Source: Oleiharenicola sp. (GTDB lineage Bacteria; Verrucomicrobiota; Verrucomicrobiia; Opitutales; Opitutaceae). From it: DNA of 64,000 bases. The number at the start of each line of letters is the position of its first letter. The stretch's first letter is position 1. The DNA is taken from NCBI GenBank assembly GCA_025363455.1, contig JANYDW010000050.1, forward strand, positions 2,839 through 66,838, in the 5' to 3' direction. Position numbers and translations under genes: made by a program. Below the pieces are notes generated by a model. It did not search any database, had not been told where the DNA came from, and saw only the letters and a list, made by a program, of their open reading frames with translations. Positions 53,344 to 61,994 of this stretch are shown in pieces.

Positions 53344-54036
53344 ATGATCAAGATCATCGGTTTCGATGCCGACGACACGCTCTGGCACAATGAGAACATC
53401 TTCGAGCGGGCGCATGAGGGCTACCGGCTGCTGCTGGCCCGGCACCATCCGGCCATAGAGGTTGACCGGGTCTTGTTTACGACCGAGATGCGCAATCTGC
53501 CGCTTTATGGCTACGGTATCAAGGGGTTCACCCTGAGCTGCGTCGAGGCGGCCATCGAGCTGACCCAAGGCCAGGTTAGCGCGCAAGAGATTCGTGAGAT
53601 CATCGCGACCGGGCGGGAAATGCTGGCGCATCCGGTTGAGTTGTTGGCCGGGGTAGCGGATGTACTGCCCGCGTTGGCGCGAGACTACCGTTTGCTGCTC
53701 ATCACCAAGGGCGACCTGCACCACCAAGAGCGCAAGGTGGCTGCTTCCGGCCTGGCCGCGCATTTCCAGGCCGTGGAAATTCTCAGCGAAAAGGATGGAC
53801 CGGCCTATGAACGCGTATTGCGGCGTCACGGGGTGGCGCTGGACGAGTTTGTCATGGTCGGCAACTCGCTTAAATCCGACATCCTGCCTGTGCTCGAGCT
53901 GGGCGGCGCGGGCGTGCACATTCCCTATCACATCACCTGGCAGCACGAAAACGTTGAGGCCATGCCCGCAGACCAGCCACGCTTCCGCCGCATCGAGTCC
54001 CTCGCCGAGCTGCCGGCGGTGTTACCCTCGCTGTAG
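53344..54036 (+). CDS. HAD-superfamily hydrolase
   Basis: 230 aa, motif I FDADDTLW, motif IV GNSLKSD. Confidence 0.85.
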   Translation: MIKIIGFDADDTLWHNENIFERAHEGYRLLLARHHPAIEVDRVLFTTEMRNLPLYGYGIKGFTLSCVEAAIELTQGQVSAQEIREIIATGREMLAHPVELLAGVADVLPALARDYRLLLITKGDLHHQERKVAASGLAAHFQAVEILSEKDGPAYERVLRRHGVALDEFVMVGNSLKSDILPVLELGGAGVHIPYHITWQHENVEAMPADQPRFRRIESLAELPAVLPSL

Positions 54037-54046
54037 GTCAGTCCCT

Positions 54047-54133
54047 GTAGGAGCCTGTTTACAGGCGATTTTTCGGCCTGCGACTACGATTGCGCCTTGG
54101 CAGTCTCCAGATCGCCTGCGAGCAGGCTCCTAC
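54047..54133. repeat. REP doublet, family A (wide spacer)
   Basis: GTAGGAGCCTGTTTACAGGCGAT ...41 nt... ATCGCCTGCGAGCAGGCTCCTAC; ends 1 nt before the RAYT ATG. Confidence 0.9.
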
Positions 54134-54134
54134 A

Positions 54135-54650
54135 ATGGCAATCAATCCAGCGAAGGGCCACGCAGCGTTGCGTCGTGGGTGTTTTTCCCAACCGTCGACG
54201 GAGTATTTCCTGACGATTTGTACCGAGGCCAAGCAGGCGGGCCTCACCACCAAGCACATCGCCGATGCGATATTAAATGAGATGAAAGCAATGTCAGGTG
54301 ACGGCACTTGGTCATTGCTCTGTGCGATAGTGATGCCGGACCACGTGCATTTTCTTGCGGTGCTTGGAGAGCGGCTATCGCTGGGCAAGACCGTGCAAAG
54401 ATTGAAAGCCAAAACCTCTGCGGTGCTTGGTGCGGGCGGCATCGCTTGGGAGAGAGGCTTCTTTGATCGGCAATTGCGACCCAAGGATGATCGGCTGGCC
54501 GTTTTTCAGTATATCTATCTGAATCCGTATCGAGCCGGGTTGGTGGAGGTATCGGATCTTTGGCCGCACTACTACTGTGAGACGGAAGAGTGGAAGTGGT
54601 TTGGCGAGTTGTTAGAGCTTGGTCGGCCGTCTCCGGAGTGGCTGTTGTAG
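54135..54650 (+). CDS. REP-associated tyrosine transposase (IS200/IS605 TnpA-like, Y1 HUH)
   Basis: 171 aa with HUH motif MPDHVHFL and catalytic-Tyr motif YIYLNPYRAGLV. Single-copy gene flanked by REPs rather than IS ends. Confidence 0.88.
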   Translation: MAINPAKGHAALRRGCFSQPSTEYFLTICTEAKQAGLTTKHIADAILNEMKAMSGDGTWSLLCAIVMPDHVHFLAVLGERLSLGKTVQRLKAKTSAVLGAGGIAWERGFFDRQLRPKDDRLAVFQYIYLNPYRAGLVEVSDLWPHYYCETEEWKWFGELLELGRPSPEWLL

Positions 54651-54698
54651 GAGCTTGCTTGCAAGCGATTGTCTGGTCGCCTGTAAACAGGCTCCTAC
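54647..54698. repeat. REP doublet (REPIN), family A
   Basis: GTAGGAGCTTGCTTGCAAGCGAT-N7-TCGCCTGTAAACAGGCTCCTAC. The left GTAG supplies the RAYT stop codon; ends 4 nt before the lnt ATG. Confidence 0.92.
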
Positions 54699-54702
54699 AT
54701 CA

Positions 54703-56364
54703 ATGCTCACACCTCCGACCGACATCCCCGATCCCTACGCGCCGGTGCCGACGCTCTGGCAGCGGCATCCGTCGCTGGGGTGGATGCTGGCGGTCTTCGC
54801 CCTCACCGTGGGGTTGACCGTCATGTCGTTTCCGCCGATCAACAAGGGCGAAGCCGCCTATGTGCTGGCGCTGCCGGCGATTCTCTGGATTTATCGCCGG
54901 CCAGCTTTTCGGATTTTTGCCTGGACGGTGCTCGGCGCCCAAGCGGTCGTGTGGACGGCCCTGCTGTGGTGGCTGCACTACGTCACTTGGGCCGGGCTGT
55001 TTCTCCTGGGGCTGTTCCTCGGCCTGCTGACCGGTCTGTGGTTCCTGGCGGCCTGGTGGGTCATTCCCCGGCTGAAGGGGCACCACGCGATCATCCGCAT
55101 CACGGGAATGTTTGGGCTCGCCGGCCTGTGGGTGGTGCTGGAGTGGGTGCGCAGCGTGGTGTTTGGCGGTATCCCCTGGCTGCCGCTGGCCGCCAGTCAG
55201 TGGCAGCGGCCGTTCATCTTGCAGGTGGCCGCCTATGGCGGGGCGTGGGTGACCACGTTCATCCTTGTCGTCTTCAACCTGGGGGCCGCGGCCTACGTGC
55301 ACCGGGCCTTTTTCGAAGGCGTGACCGGCTTCAAGAAACGCACGCCGGAATTTTCTATCGCCTTGTTGGTGCTCATGGCGGGTTCGTTTCCGTTCCTGGG
55401 CGACACCTTCAACCAACGGCGCCAGCAACTGGTCCGTGCGGCGCTAGTCCAGCCCTACATCCCGCAGGATCAGAAATGGGACGCCGCCTTTGCCAAGAAG
55501 GTGCTTGAGACCCTCGAGCAGGTGACGCTGGCGGCCAACAAACGGGGCACACCCGACCTGATTATCTGGCCCGAGGCGGTGACGCCGTGGCCGCTCTACC
55601 GGGATGCGAACGTCCAGGCTTGGCTCGAATACATCGCCAAGAAGACCGGTAAGCCATTATTGCTGGGCTCGGTGGCGACGGAAATGCCCGGTCAGGATCC
55701 GTCGCTCTGGCGCAACGGCGCCTTCGTGGTTGATCCCGTGACTGGATTGGCCGCGGAAAACTACGCCAAGCGCAAGCTCGTGCCCTTCGGCGAATACATA
55801 CCGTTGCGCCCGGTGCTGGGCTGGCTGGAGAAAGTGACGCCGATCGGCGGCGACTTTACCCCGGGCGCCTCTGCCGAGCCCCTGCTCGTGCCGGTGGGCC
55901 GGAATCGCGTGCCGATCGGCGTGTTGATCTGCTACGAGGATATTTTTCCAGCTCTCGCCCGGGACAGCGTGCAGTCCGGCGCCGAGGTGCTGGCGGTGCT
56001 GACGAACAATGGCTGGTTCGGCGAGGGTGGGGCGGCCTACCAGCACGCGACGCATTCAGTATTGCGGGCCATCGAGAACCGCCGGCCGGTCATCCGCTGT
56101 GGCAACGGTGGCTGGAGTGGCTGGATCGATGAATACGGCAACATCCGCGCGACGGTGCTCAATGACGCGGACAGCGTGTATTTTCGCGGGGCGCAGACGG
56201 TGACCATCACCCGCGATGCCCGTTGGTCGCAACGCCTGAGTTTCTACACGGAGCACGGCGACTGGTTTGTGGCCGTCTGTGTCGTCTTGAGCCTGGTCAC
56301 CTACTATCTCGCGTTGACGCTGCGTCCGCCGGTGACGAAGCCGGACGGCGGGACGACGTTCTAG
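54703..56364 (+). CDS. lnt: apolipoprotein N-acyltransferase
   Basis: N-terminal polytopic domain + CN-hydrolase domain (IWPE, ICYEDIFP). Start taken at MLTPPTD, just after the REP. Confidence 0.92.
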   Translation: MLTPPTDIPDPYAPVPTLWQRHPSLGWMLAVFALTVGLTVMSFPPINKGEAAYVLALPAILWIYRRPAFRIFAWTVLGAQAVVWTALLWWLHYVTWAGLFLLGLFLGLLTGLWFLAAWWVIPRLKGHHAIIRITGMFGLAGLWVVLEWVRSVVFGGIPWLPLAASQWQRPFILQVAAYGGAWVTTFILVVFNLGAAAYVHRAFFEGVTGFKKRTPEFSIALLVLMAGSFPFLGDTFNQRRQQLVRAALVQPYIPQDQKWDAAFAKKVLETLEQVTLAANKRGTPDLIIWPEAVTPWPLYRDANVQAWLEYIAKKTGKPLLLGSVATEMPGQDPSLWRNGAFVVDPVTGLAAENYAKRKLVPFGEYIPLRPVLGWLEKVTPIGGDFTPGASAEPLLVPVGRNRVPIGVLICYEDIFPALARDSVQSGAEVLAVLTNNGWFGEGGAAYQHATHSVLRAIENRRPVIRCGNGGWSGWIDEYGNIRATVLNDADSVYFRGAQTVTITRDARWSQRLSFYTEHGDWFVAVCVVLSLVTYYLALTLRPPVTKPDGGTTF

Positions 56365-56376
56365 ATCGGCATTCTT

Positions 56377-56453
56377 GTAGGAGCCTGTTTACAGGCGATT
56401 CTGGATTCTCGCTGACGGACCGGAGCCAGCCTCGTTTGTAAACAAGCTCCTCC
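56377..56453. repeat. REP doublet, family A, one arm degenerate
   Basis: GTAGGAGCCTGTTTACAGGCGAT plus a decayed inverted partner TCGTTTGTAAACAAGCTCCTCC (head GTAG changed to GGAG). Confidence 0.8.
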
Positions 56454-56470
56454 ATCTCGAACCGTGCATC

Positions 56471-57325
56471 TCACTTCCCGTCGGGCAGGGGGCGGTTGAA
56501 GAAGAGCGCGGGAGGATGTTGGGTGCGCTGGGCCACACGCCACTGCTTGATGAGTTCCTTGCGGTCGGCCTGGGGGGCGTCGCCAGCCAGCAATTTGCCA
56601 TTCTTCGCTTGCTCGAACCGGTCGTCGATCCCGTTGGCATTGGCGTCTTCGTAGAGTGGATTTTCGTCGGCCTGCACGAGGCCGTTGAGCATGGCGCCGG
56701 CTGCCCCTGAGTGAACGATGAACTGCGCATGCTTGACCGCGGGATCGAGCGGAAGGTCTTCGGCAAGGAGTCGGGCGCCATCATAAAGGTCCCACACGCC
56801 CTTGGTCGGATCGAGCCGGACGATGAGCACGATGAACGGGGCCAGGAGCTGACCCTCGTGCTTTTCGAGGGGAACGTGCAATGCGAGCAGCCGCCACTTG
56901 GGTTTGGCGCCGGAGGAAGCTTCGTCCACGGCCAGTTGGGCGTAGTGGTCGATTTCGCTTTCCACCACGCCGAGGCGGGCGCCGGCGATTTCAACTATCG
57001 TGCCGGTGGAGGCATAGACGGAGAAGGACACAAACAGGAGGCCAGTCCCGCGCAAGGGCTGGGACCAGTTTTTGCCTGCATCGAGCGCGAGGAAGGCAGC
57101 CCCGCCTTTCTCGCCGAGGCGGGCGCCGGCGACACCTTGGGTCGCAAGGGTGTCATTGGAGAACTTGGTAGGGTCGAGCGGTGACGCTTCATCGGTTTGG
57201 ACCTGCGCTTTGAGCCGGGGCAGTCCGAGCGGGGCTGGAGCGGGAGTCTGCGCCGCGCACATTCCAACCAGCAGAAGCGACGACGCAACGGTGATCAGGT
57301 AATTAGTAATGGATAATATTTTCAT
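56471..57325 (-). CDS. secreted hypothetical protein (last gene of the accessory operon)
   Basis: Start at MKILSITNYLITVASSLLLVGMCAA (signal peptide); acidic DANANGIDD loop near the C-terminus; no family recognised. Confidence 0.7.
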   Translation of the reverse strand: MKILSITNYLITVASSLLLVGMCAAQTPAPAPLGLPRLKAQVQTDEASPLDPTKFSNDTLATQGVAGARLGEKGGAAFLALDAGKNWSQPLRGTGLLFVSFSVYASTGTIVEIAGARLGVVESEIDHYAQLAVDEASSGAKPKWRLLALHVPLEKHEGQLLAPFIVLIVRLDPTKGVWDLYDGARLLAEDLPLDPAVKHAQFIVHSGAAGAMLNGLVQADENPLYEDANANGIDDRFEQAKNGKLLAGDAPQADRKELIKQWRVAQRTQHPPALFFNRPLPDGK

Positions 57326-57365
57326 GGTGCAGTTGCCCGCCATAAGGGCGCGCCTGTTATTGGAG

Positions 57366-58661
57366 CTATGGCTTTTTCGCCGATAGCGGAGGGACGACGG
57401 AGACGGGAACGTGGATCAAATTCGCACCCCATTTTTCCGGCGGGCGCCCCTCCACGCGATTGAGAGAATATTCGTAGGACAGGGCCATGGGGCCGAACAC
57501 CATGGCTACTGAATCGATTTCTGGCGTGCGCCTTGATGCGGCGATGTCCATCAATAAATCGCCATCGACGCCAGGTCCGCGATATTGCTTTCGCAGATAC
57601 TCCAACGCCCGCTGGTTTACGAAGGCATCATCTTTATGGATGTAAAATAATGCGCCAAAAGCCCGACGAAAATCGACACTGTTCCCATTCGGGGATTGTG
57701 CTATGAAGTCGACTATTTCCTCCAGCGCCTTGGTCACTCGCGGTTCTACTGTGATAGCGAGGAAATCAAAGGCCAGCGGACGCGTTCCGCCCGAATAATT
57801 GTTCTTTTCCTCCCGTGGTTCCATGCCCGCGAACTGGCGCGCCGTGGAGATGACATAGTCCAAATCGGCCGGTTGCCGGAGTGCTTGATATAGCGCCCAA
57901 TGCCCAAGCAGTTGCGCTTCGGGGTAGGCATTCAGCAGATTTTTGTATTGTTCGACGGACTCAGCATCCTTCATCCCGAGATAAGCTGCGATCCACTCCG
58001 TATCATAGCCTAGTTCCCGGTTCGCCCGTTTCCGCCGCACCAGATCATACATCTCCGGCACCTGTTGCATCGTCGCAACCGTCAGCAGGTCGGAGGTCTG
58101 GAAGCGCTGATAAGCCTGAAAAAGGTCGTGGGGATCAATGATCTGGCGAAAACGATGCAGCGTTTCGGCCGCTTGCTCGGCAAAATCCACCGGCAGCTCA
58201 CCAGCAGAGGCGGCGTGCAACGCCGCCTGCAGCACCGGTACACCGGCGTAGGAGCCCAGTTCAAGCAAAAGCCATGAGGCGGTCACCCGCACGTCCCAAT
58301 CGGGATTTTCCAAGAGCCGGGCGAAGATAGCAATAGCCTCTTCGCGCTTGTAGTGCTGATTGAGCAATTCCCCGAGTGACGGTTTCCATTTCAGGGGATC
58401 GCCCGTGGCGATCAATTCATCGAGGCGCTTGTGGTTCCATTCCTTCAACGACCAGGTCGAAAGATTCCCCAGTGGAGACCCGGAGGCAGGAATAGTTGCG
58501 GGAACCGTCGGAACGACAGGACCCACATGCCCTCCTGGCTTCTGTATCGATGCGCCTGCCAATCCCGGTTGGGATGGAGCGCGGCCGAACTTGAGCCAGA
58601 CCCACGCCCCGAGGATCACTACCAGGACCATAACCAGCAGAATGCGTCTTTTTATGATCAT
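57366..58661 (-). CDS. membrane-anchored HEAT-like repeat protein
   Basis: N-terminal TM helix RILLVMVLVVILGAWVWL; ENPDWDVRVTASWLLLELGSYAGVPVL resembles a HEAT/PBS-lyase repeat. The start overlaps the upstream stop (ATGA). Confidence 0.75.
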   Translation of the reverse strand: MIIKRRILLVMVLVVILGAWVWLKFGRAPSQPGLAGASIQKPGGHVGPVVPTVPATIPASGSPLGNLSTWSLKEWNHKRLDELIATGDPLKWKPSLGELLNQHYKREEAIAIFARLLENPDWDVRVTASWLLLELGSYAGVPVLQAALHAASAGELPVDFAEQAAETLHRFRQIIDPHDLFQAYQRFQTSDLLTVATMQQVPEMYDLVRRKRANRELGYDTEWIAAYLGMKDAESVEQYKNLLNAYPEAQLLGHWALYQALRQPADLDYVISTARQFAGMEPREEKNNYSGGTRPLAFDFLAITVEPRVTKALEEIVDFIAQSPNGNSVDFRRAFGALFYIHKDDAFVNQRALEYLRKQYRGPGVDGDLLMDIAASRRTPEIDSVAMVFGPMALSYEYSLNRVEGRPPEKWGANLIHVPVSVVPPLSAKKP

Positions 58662-61600
58662 TGGGTGTCCTGCACGGTCGGCGCAGGCTCACTGGTAGGG
58701 AATTGTCCCAGAGGCGTATGATATATGAATGGACGGAGCATGCCAGCTTGCTGGTTTAGGCTATACTTTTTGAGTAAATCATAGGCGCCTGAACCATTAC
58801 GCCTGCTGTAGATCCTTATCTCGTTGAAATAGATCAAGCCGCTTTCTGTTCCAGCGGCATTCCATGTTTTATTGATGCTCAACTGAACCTGGTTTTGATT
58901 GTCGCGCCCGGACGCATCGAGGCCAAAAATAATTTCATTGAAGATGTACGGGACATCGCGTTCGAACAGGGCATAGTTACCCCGGGAGGCCTCCCACCCG
59001 ATCCGGCCCGACGTGTAGAGGGAAACCCGGCCACCGGTGATATCTTTGCGCTGCTGGCCATTGCGGGTGTTCTCCAAGGACGGAATGAGCAGATTATTGG
59101 CCGTATCGGTGGCGCCGCTGAGCCCGATCAGCGGCAGGACCCACAGCGTCCCAGCATTGGCAAACACGCTGATAAAACCCGTAATCTGCATTTTCGTTGG
59201 TCCCATCAGACTCGAAGGGGATCCCACCGACACGAGGCTGTCGTCCTGGATTTTCCCGTCTTCCCGCAACAAATATTTGATCTCATACTCCCCGAGCATC
59301 CGGTAGGACTGAAGCTGAAAAAGGTTGAGAAGGGTCTGCACTGGTAACGGGTCTAGATCAGCAAGATCAACGGTATCCGGGCTCCCGTTTAACAGCTCTT
59401 GCGCCAGCCAGAATTTTTCGTCTTCGCCCACGTGCGGAAGCGACGCCACGCTCTTGGGCGGCGACGCTCTCAGCCCAAGCCACATTTTACCGACCTCCTC
59501 AACCGGGGTAGAGGGTAAACTTACATATGTCATAATGGCAGTCGCTGCGGTAGACGATATGGGATTGACCAACCAAAGCACGCGTGTCCCAAGGTCTGCT
59601 ATAATGTCAGCTTTGAGTGCATCTTTTTGAGTCTGGCTTATGACAAAATCCGCAATGGGCCGCACTTGCCCGACGACAAGGTAGCGCGCCGTCCGCCAGC
59701 CGATTCGCTGTTCATATTGAACATCGAAGCTGTTCCCCCAAGACGGGGTCACGTGACACTTGATTTGGTACCTGCCGGGCCTCCAATCGATCCAGTCATG
59801 GGTGGAATCGTCATCTCCTCGGACGATTTTCCATTCACTGACATTGTTGCCGGATGGACCTTGGATGGTCTGTGGCAACGAAACTTGGTCGTCGAAATAG
59901 GGTCCCGTAGCGGTCCAAGTATACGTCCCGGGCAACAGGTCATCGAGCGACCAACTCACCATGTCGCCGTTTTTGGTGCCGGCATACAGAGGTTGAGCCA
60001 GCCCTTGTTCAACTGCACTGCTCCAAGCAATTGTCGCTATATCGCCATTTGCTACCTTTTTGATTATTCTATGCTGCGCCGACTCCACATTGACCGGGAT
60101 CCAAACTGTTTGGCCATCGCTTTGCCCGCCTTGCTTGACACCGATCTGCCACTGGCCGCTCAGGTCGATGCCGACGTTTAGGATGTCCAGCAGGCCGTTC
60201 TTTGGCACGGAGATCACCTGGCCAAGGGTATTCTTCACCGAAAACACCACCTTGTTGTTTGCGACATTGAGCAATGTGCCGGCGGTATCCGCCGCCTGCG
60301 CCAGAATTGACGGAGTGCCGGATGGCAAGGTAAGGCCGAGCGTTCCGGTGCTGCTCACAGTCACGGCGGTGCCGTTGGAGAAAGTGATGGTCGCGTTGCC
60401 GCTGCCATCCACTTGGACCACGATCCCGCCGGAGAGCGTAAGGCTGTTGCCCGGACTTACCGTGCCGCTGCCACTGACGGTCACACTGCCACCACTCGCG
60501 GTGATGGTCGTGCCTCCCGACAGGGTGATGCCCCCGAAACTGCCGTTGGTGGCCACTTTCAAGGTCGCATTGCCTGGCAAGCCGAGCTGCACGCTTCCGA
60601 CCGGCCGGCCGGTCTGGACGGCGTAATACCTTGTGCGGTCCATTTCGCCAGGATCATTGATGGAAAGATGCGCGTTCTGGTGGGTATTGATAGAGAAGCT
60701 TGGTACAGTCAGCACATACTCCCAGTTGCCGGGATTGACCACGTCAGGATTCGCCAAGGCCGTGCGGTCGCGCCAGATCTGCGTCTGGCGGTCGGCGTCG
60801 GTCGCGACATCGAAGATGACGTCAAAATAAGTAGTGGAGGTGGTCCAGAAAGCCCACACTGGAATCCACACCCAGGAAAAGTCCGGCTGGCCGAGATCCC
60901 CGTAGAGGCTGCCCCACGATTCGAACCAACCGTTTATGTTGTAGGTAGCGTAAGAGGTGTTGGTCGTGGTCCAACTGTTGACCCAGAAATGGAAGGCGTC
61001 GGTATTGCTCCCGCTGACCCGATCGAGGATGCCGTCGTTATTTGTATCCAACCAGAACGCTTTGGCAAAATCGGAAACAGGTTTGTTGGCGGTCGTGCCG
61101 TTGACCCCACTGCTCCAGCCCGACCAGTTGCCGGCGGCGTCCCGGGCCCGGACGCTGAAGCTGTAGCTTGTACTGGGAGTAAGGCCAGCGACGGTAAGGG
61201 TGGTATAAGGCGTGGTGGCATAGGGACTGCCCCCGACGGAAACCTCATAACCAGTTACTCCGACATTGTCGGACGCTGCGCTCCAAGCGAGCGTGAGGTA
61301 GGTGGGATTCGGGGCACTAGTGGTCACACTGCCCGGCACGGAGGGAGCCTGCGTGTCGGCGCCGCCGGTGGTCGTGCCGTTGACCCCTGTGCTCCAGCCC
61401 GACCAGTTGCCGGCGGCATCGCGGGCGCGTACATTGAAACTGTACGTGGAACCGGGTGTAAGGCCGGTGACCAATATCGATGTGCCAGTGACGGTGCCAT
61501 AAAAGACGCCTCCTACGGAAACTTGATAGCTGGTGACGCCCACGTTGTCGGATGCGGCGCTCCAACTGAAGGTGAGGGAGGTGGGACCGGCCGCACTGGT

Positions 61601-61888
61601 GGCAGGGCTGCCGGGCACGGAGGGTGCCTGGGTATCGGTTCCGATAAGGGCGGAAAAAGAGCCGCCGGAACTGGCGGTGAAATCCGGCCCGAGGCTGATG
61701 CTGTCGGTGGCCAGATAGGTGACATCGGCAGTGCTGGCGACGGTGACGGTGGCGCCGCTGGCGATCTCAATGGTGTCGGGACCGGCCACGGTGGTCGTGC
61801 CCGTGTAAGTGGTCGTCGGCACCACTGTCCCGGCCCAGGCGGCGGGGGCGTAGAGGAGCCCGAGGAGAAGCAGCCGGAGCAGGGTCAT
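58658..61888 (-). CDS. 1076-aa secreted giant protein: 2 x FN3, G/S/T-rich beta-helix-like stretch, large unassigned C-terminal region
   Basis: Signal peptide MTLLRLLLLGLLYAPAAWA; tandem DTQAPSVPGS..WSAASDNVGVT.Y.VSVGG..RARDAAGNWSGWS repeats; no stop over 3.2 kb. Confidence 0.85.
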   Translation of the reverse strand: MTLLRLLLLGLLYAPAAWAGTVVPTTTYTGTTTVAGPDTIEIASGATVTVASTADVTYLATDSISLGPDFTASSGGSFSALIGTDTQAPSVPGSPATSAAGPTSLTFSWSAASDNVGVTSYQVSVGGVFYGTVTGTSILVTGLTPGSTYSFNVRARDAAGNWSGWSTGVNGTTTGGADTQAPSVPGSVTTSAPNPTYLTLAWSAASDNVGVTGYEVSVGGSPYATTPYTTLTVAGLTPSTSYSFSVRARDAAGNWSGWSSGVNGTTANKPVSDFAKAFWLDTNNDGILDRVSGSNTDAFHFWVNSWTTTNTSYATYNINGWFESWGSLYGDLGQPDFSWVWIPVWAFWTTSTTYFDVIFDVATDADRQTQIWRDRTALANPDVVNPGNWEYVLTVPSFSINTHQNAHLSINDPGEMDRTRYYAVQTGRPVGSVQLGLPGNATLKVATNGSFGGITLSGGTTITASGGSVTVSGSGTVSPGNSLTLSGGIVVQVDGSGNATITFSNGTAVTVSSTGTLGLTLPSGTPSILAQAADTAGTLLNVANNKVVFSVKNTLGQVISVPKNGLLDILNVGIDLSGQWQIGVKQGGQSDGQTVWIPVNVESAQHRIIKKVANGDIATIAWSSAVEQGLAQPLYAGTKNGDMVSWSLDDLLPGTYTWTATGPYFDDQVSLPQTIQGPSGNNVSEWKIVRGDDDSTHDWIDWRPGRYQIKCHVTPSWGNSFDVQYEQRIGWRTARYLVVGQVRPIADFVISQTQKDALKADIIADLGTRVLWLVNPISSTAATAIMTYVSLPSTPVEEVGKMWLGLRASPPKSVASLPHVGEDEKFWLAQELLNGSPDTVDLADLDPLPVQTLLNLFQLQSYRMLGEYEIKYLLREDGKIQDDSLVSVGSPSSLMGPTKMQITGFISVFANAGTLWVLPLIGLSGATDTANNLLIPSLENTRNGQQRKDITGGRVSLYTSGRIGWEASRGNYALFERDVPYIFNEIIFGLDASGRDNQNQVQLSINKTWNAAGTESGLIYFNEIRIYSRRNGSGAYDLLKKYSLNQQAGMLRPFIYHTPLGQFPTSEPAPTVQDTQ
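61088..61636 (-). repeat. tandem duplication (period about 279 bp) encoding two FN3 domains
   Basis: aa 85-177 and aa 178-267 of the giant protein are colinear. DNA blocks such as CCAGCCCGACCAGTTGCCGGCGGC recur at 61116 and 61395. Confidence 0.85.
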
Positions 61889-61902
61889 GGCTTTCGTTGC
61901 GA

Positions 61903-61925
61903 ATCGCCTGCAAGCAGGCTCCTAC
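61903..61925 (-). repeat. single REP, family A, in the 5' leader of the giant gene
   Basis: ATCGCCTGCAAGCAGGCTCCTAC on the + strand, which is GTAGGAGCCTGCTTGCAGGCGAT on the coding strand; 15-37 nt upstream of the ATG at 61888. Confidence 0.9.
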
Positions 61926-61994
61926 AAATGGTGATGCGGTTGGTGCCCATGGTGTTTTTTTCAAATACCCGGAGCTTACTCCGGGACCGTTACG

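Larger units (their letters stand above)
54047..54698 (+). mobile_element. RAYT locus: REP-associated tyrosine transposase gene bracketed by REP doublets
   Basis: REP doublets at 54047-54133 and 54647-54698 abut the start and overlap the stop of a Y1 (HUH) transposase gene. Confidence 0.85.

Noticed and set aside
53275-54484. Minus-strand ORFs 53275-53946 (223 aa) and 54059-54484 (141 aa), opposite the HAD and RAYT genes.
   Set aside because: They are antisense shadows. Their termini are translations of REP sequence (..VGACLQATKAIACKQAPT, ..IVGACSQAIW..), and the + strand frames carry the HAD DxDxT and HUH/Tyr motifs.
53279-56453. Recurring GTAGGAGC..GCGAT 23-mers considered as a CRISPR array.
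   Set aside because: The copies occur as inverted pairs with 7-41-nt spacers, are irregularly spaced over kilobases and are separated by genes. They sit next to a Y1 transposase and no cas genes are present. These are REP/REPIN elements.
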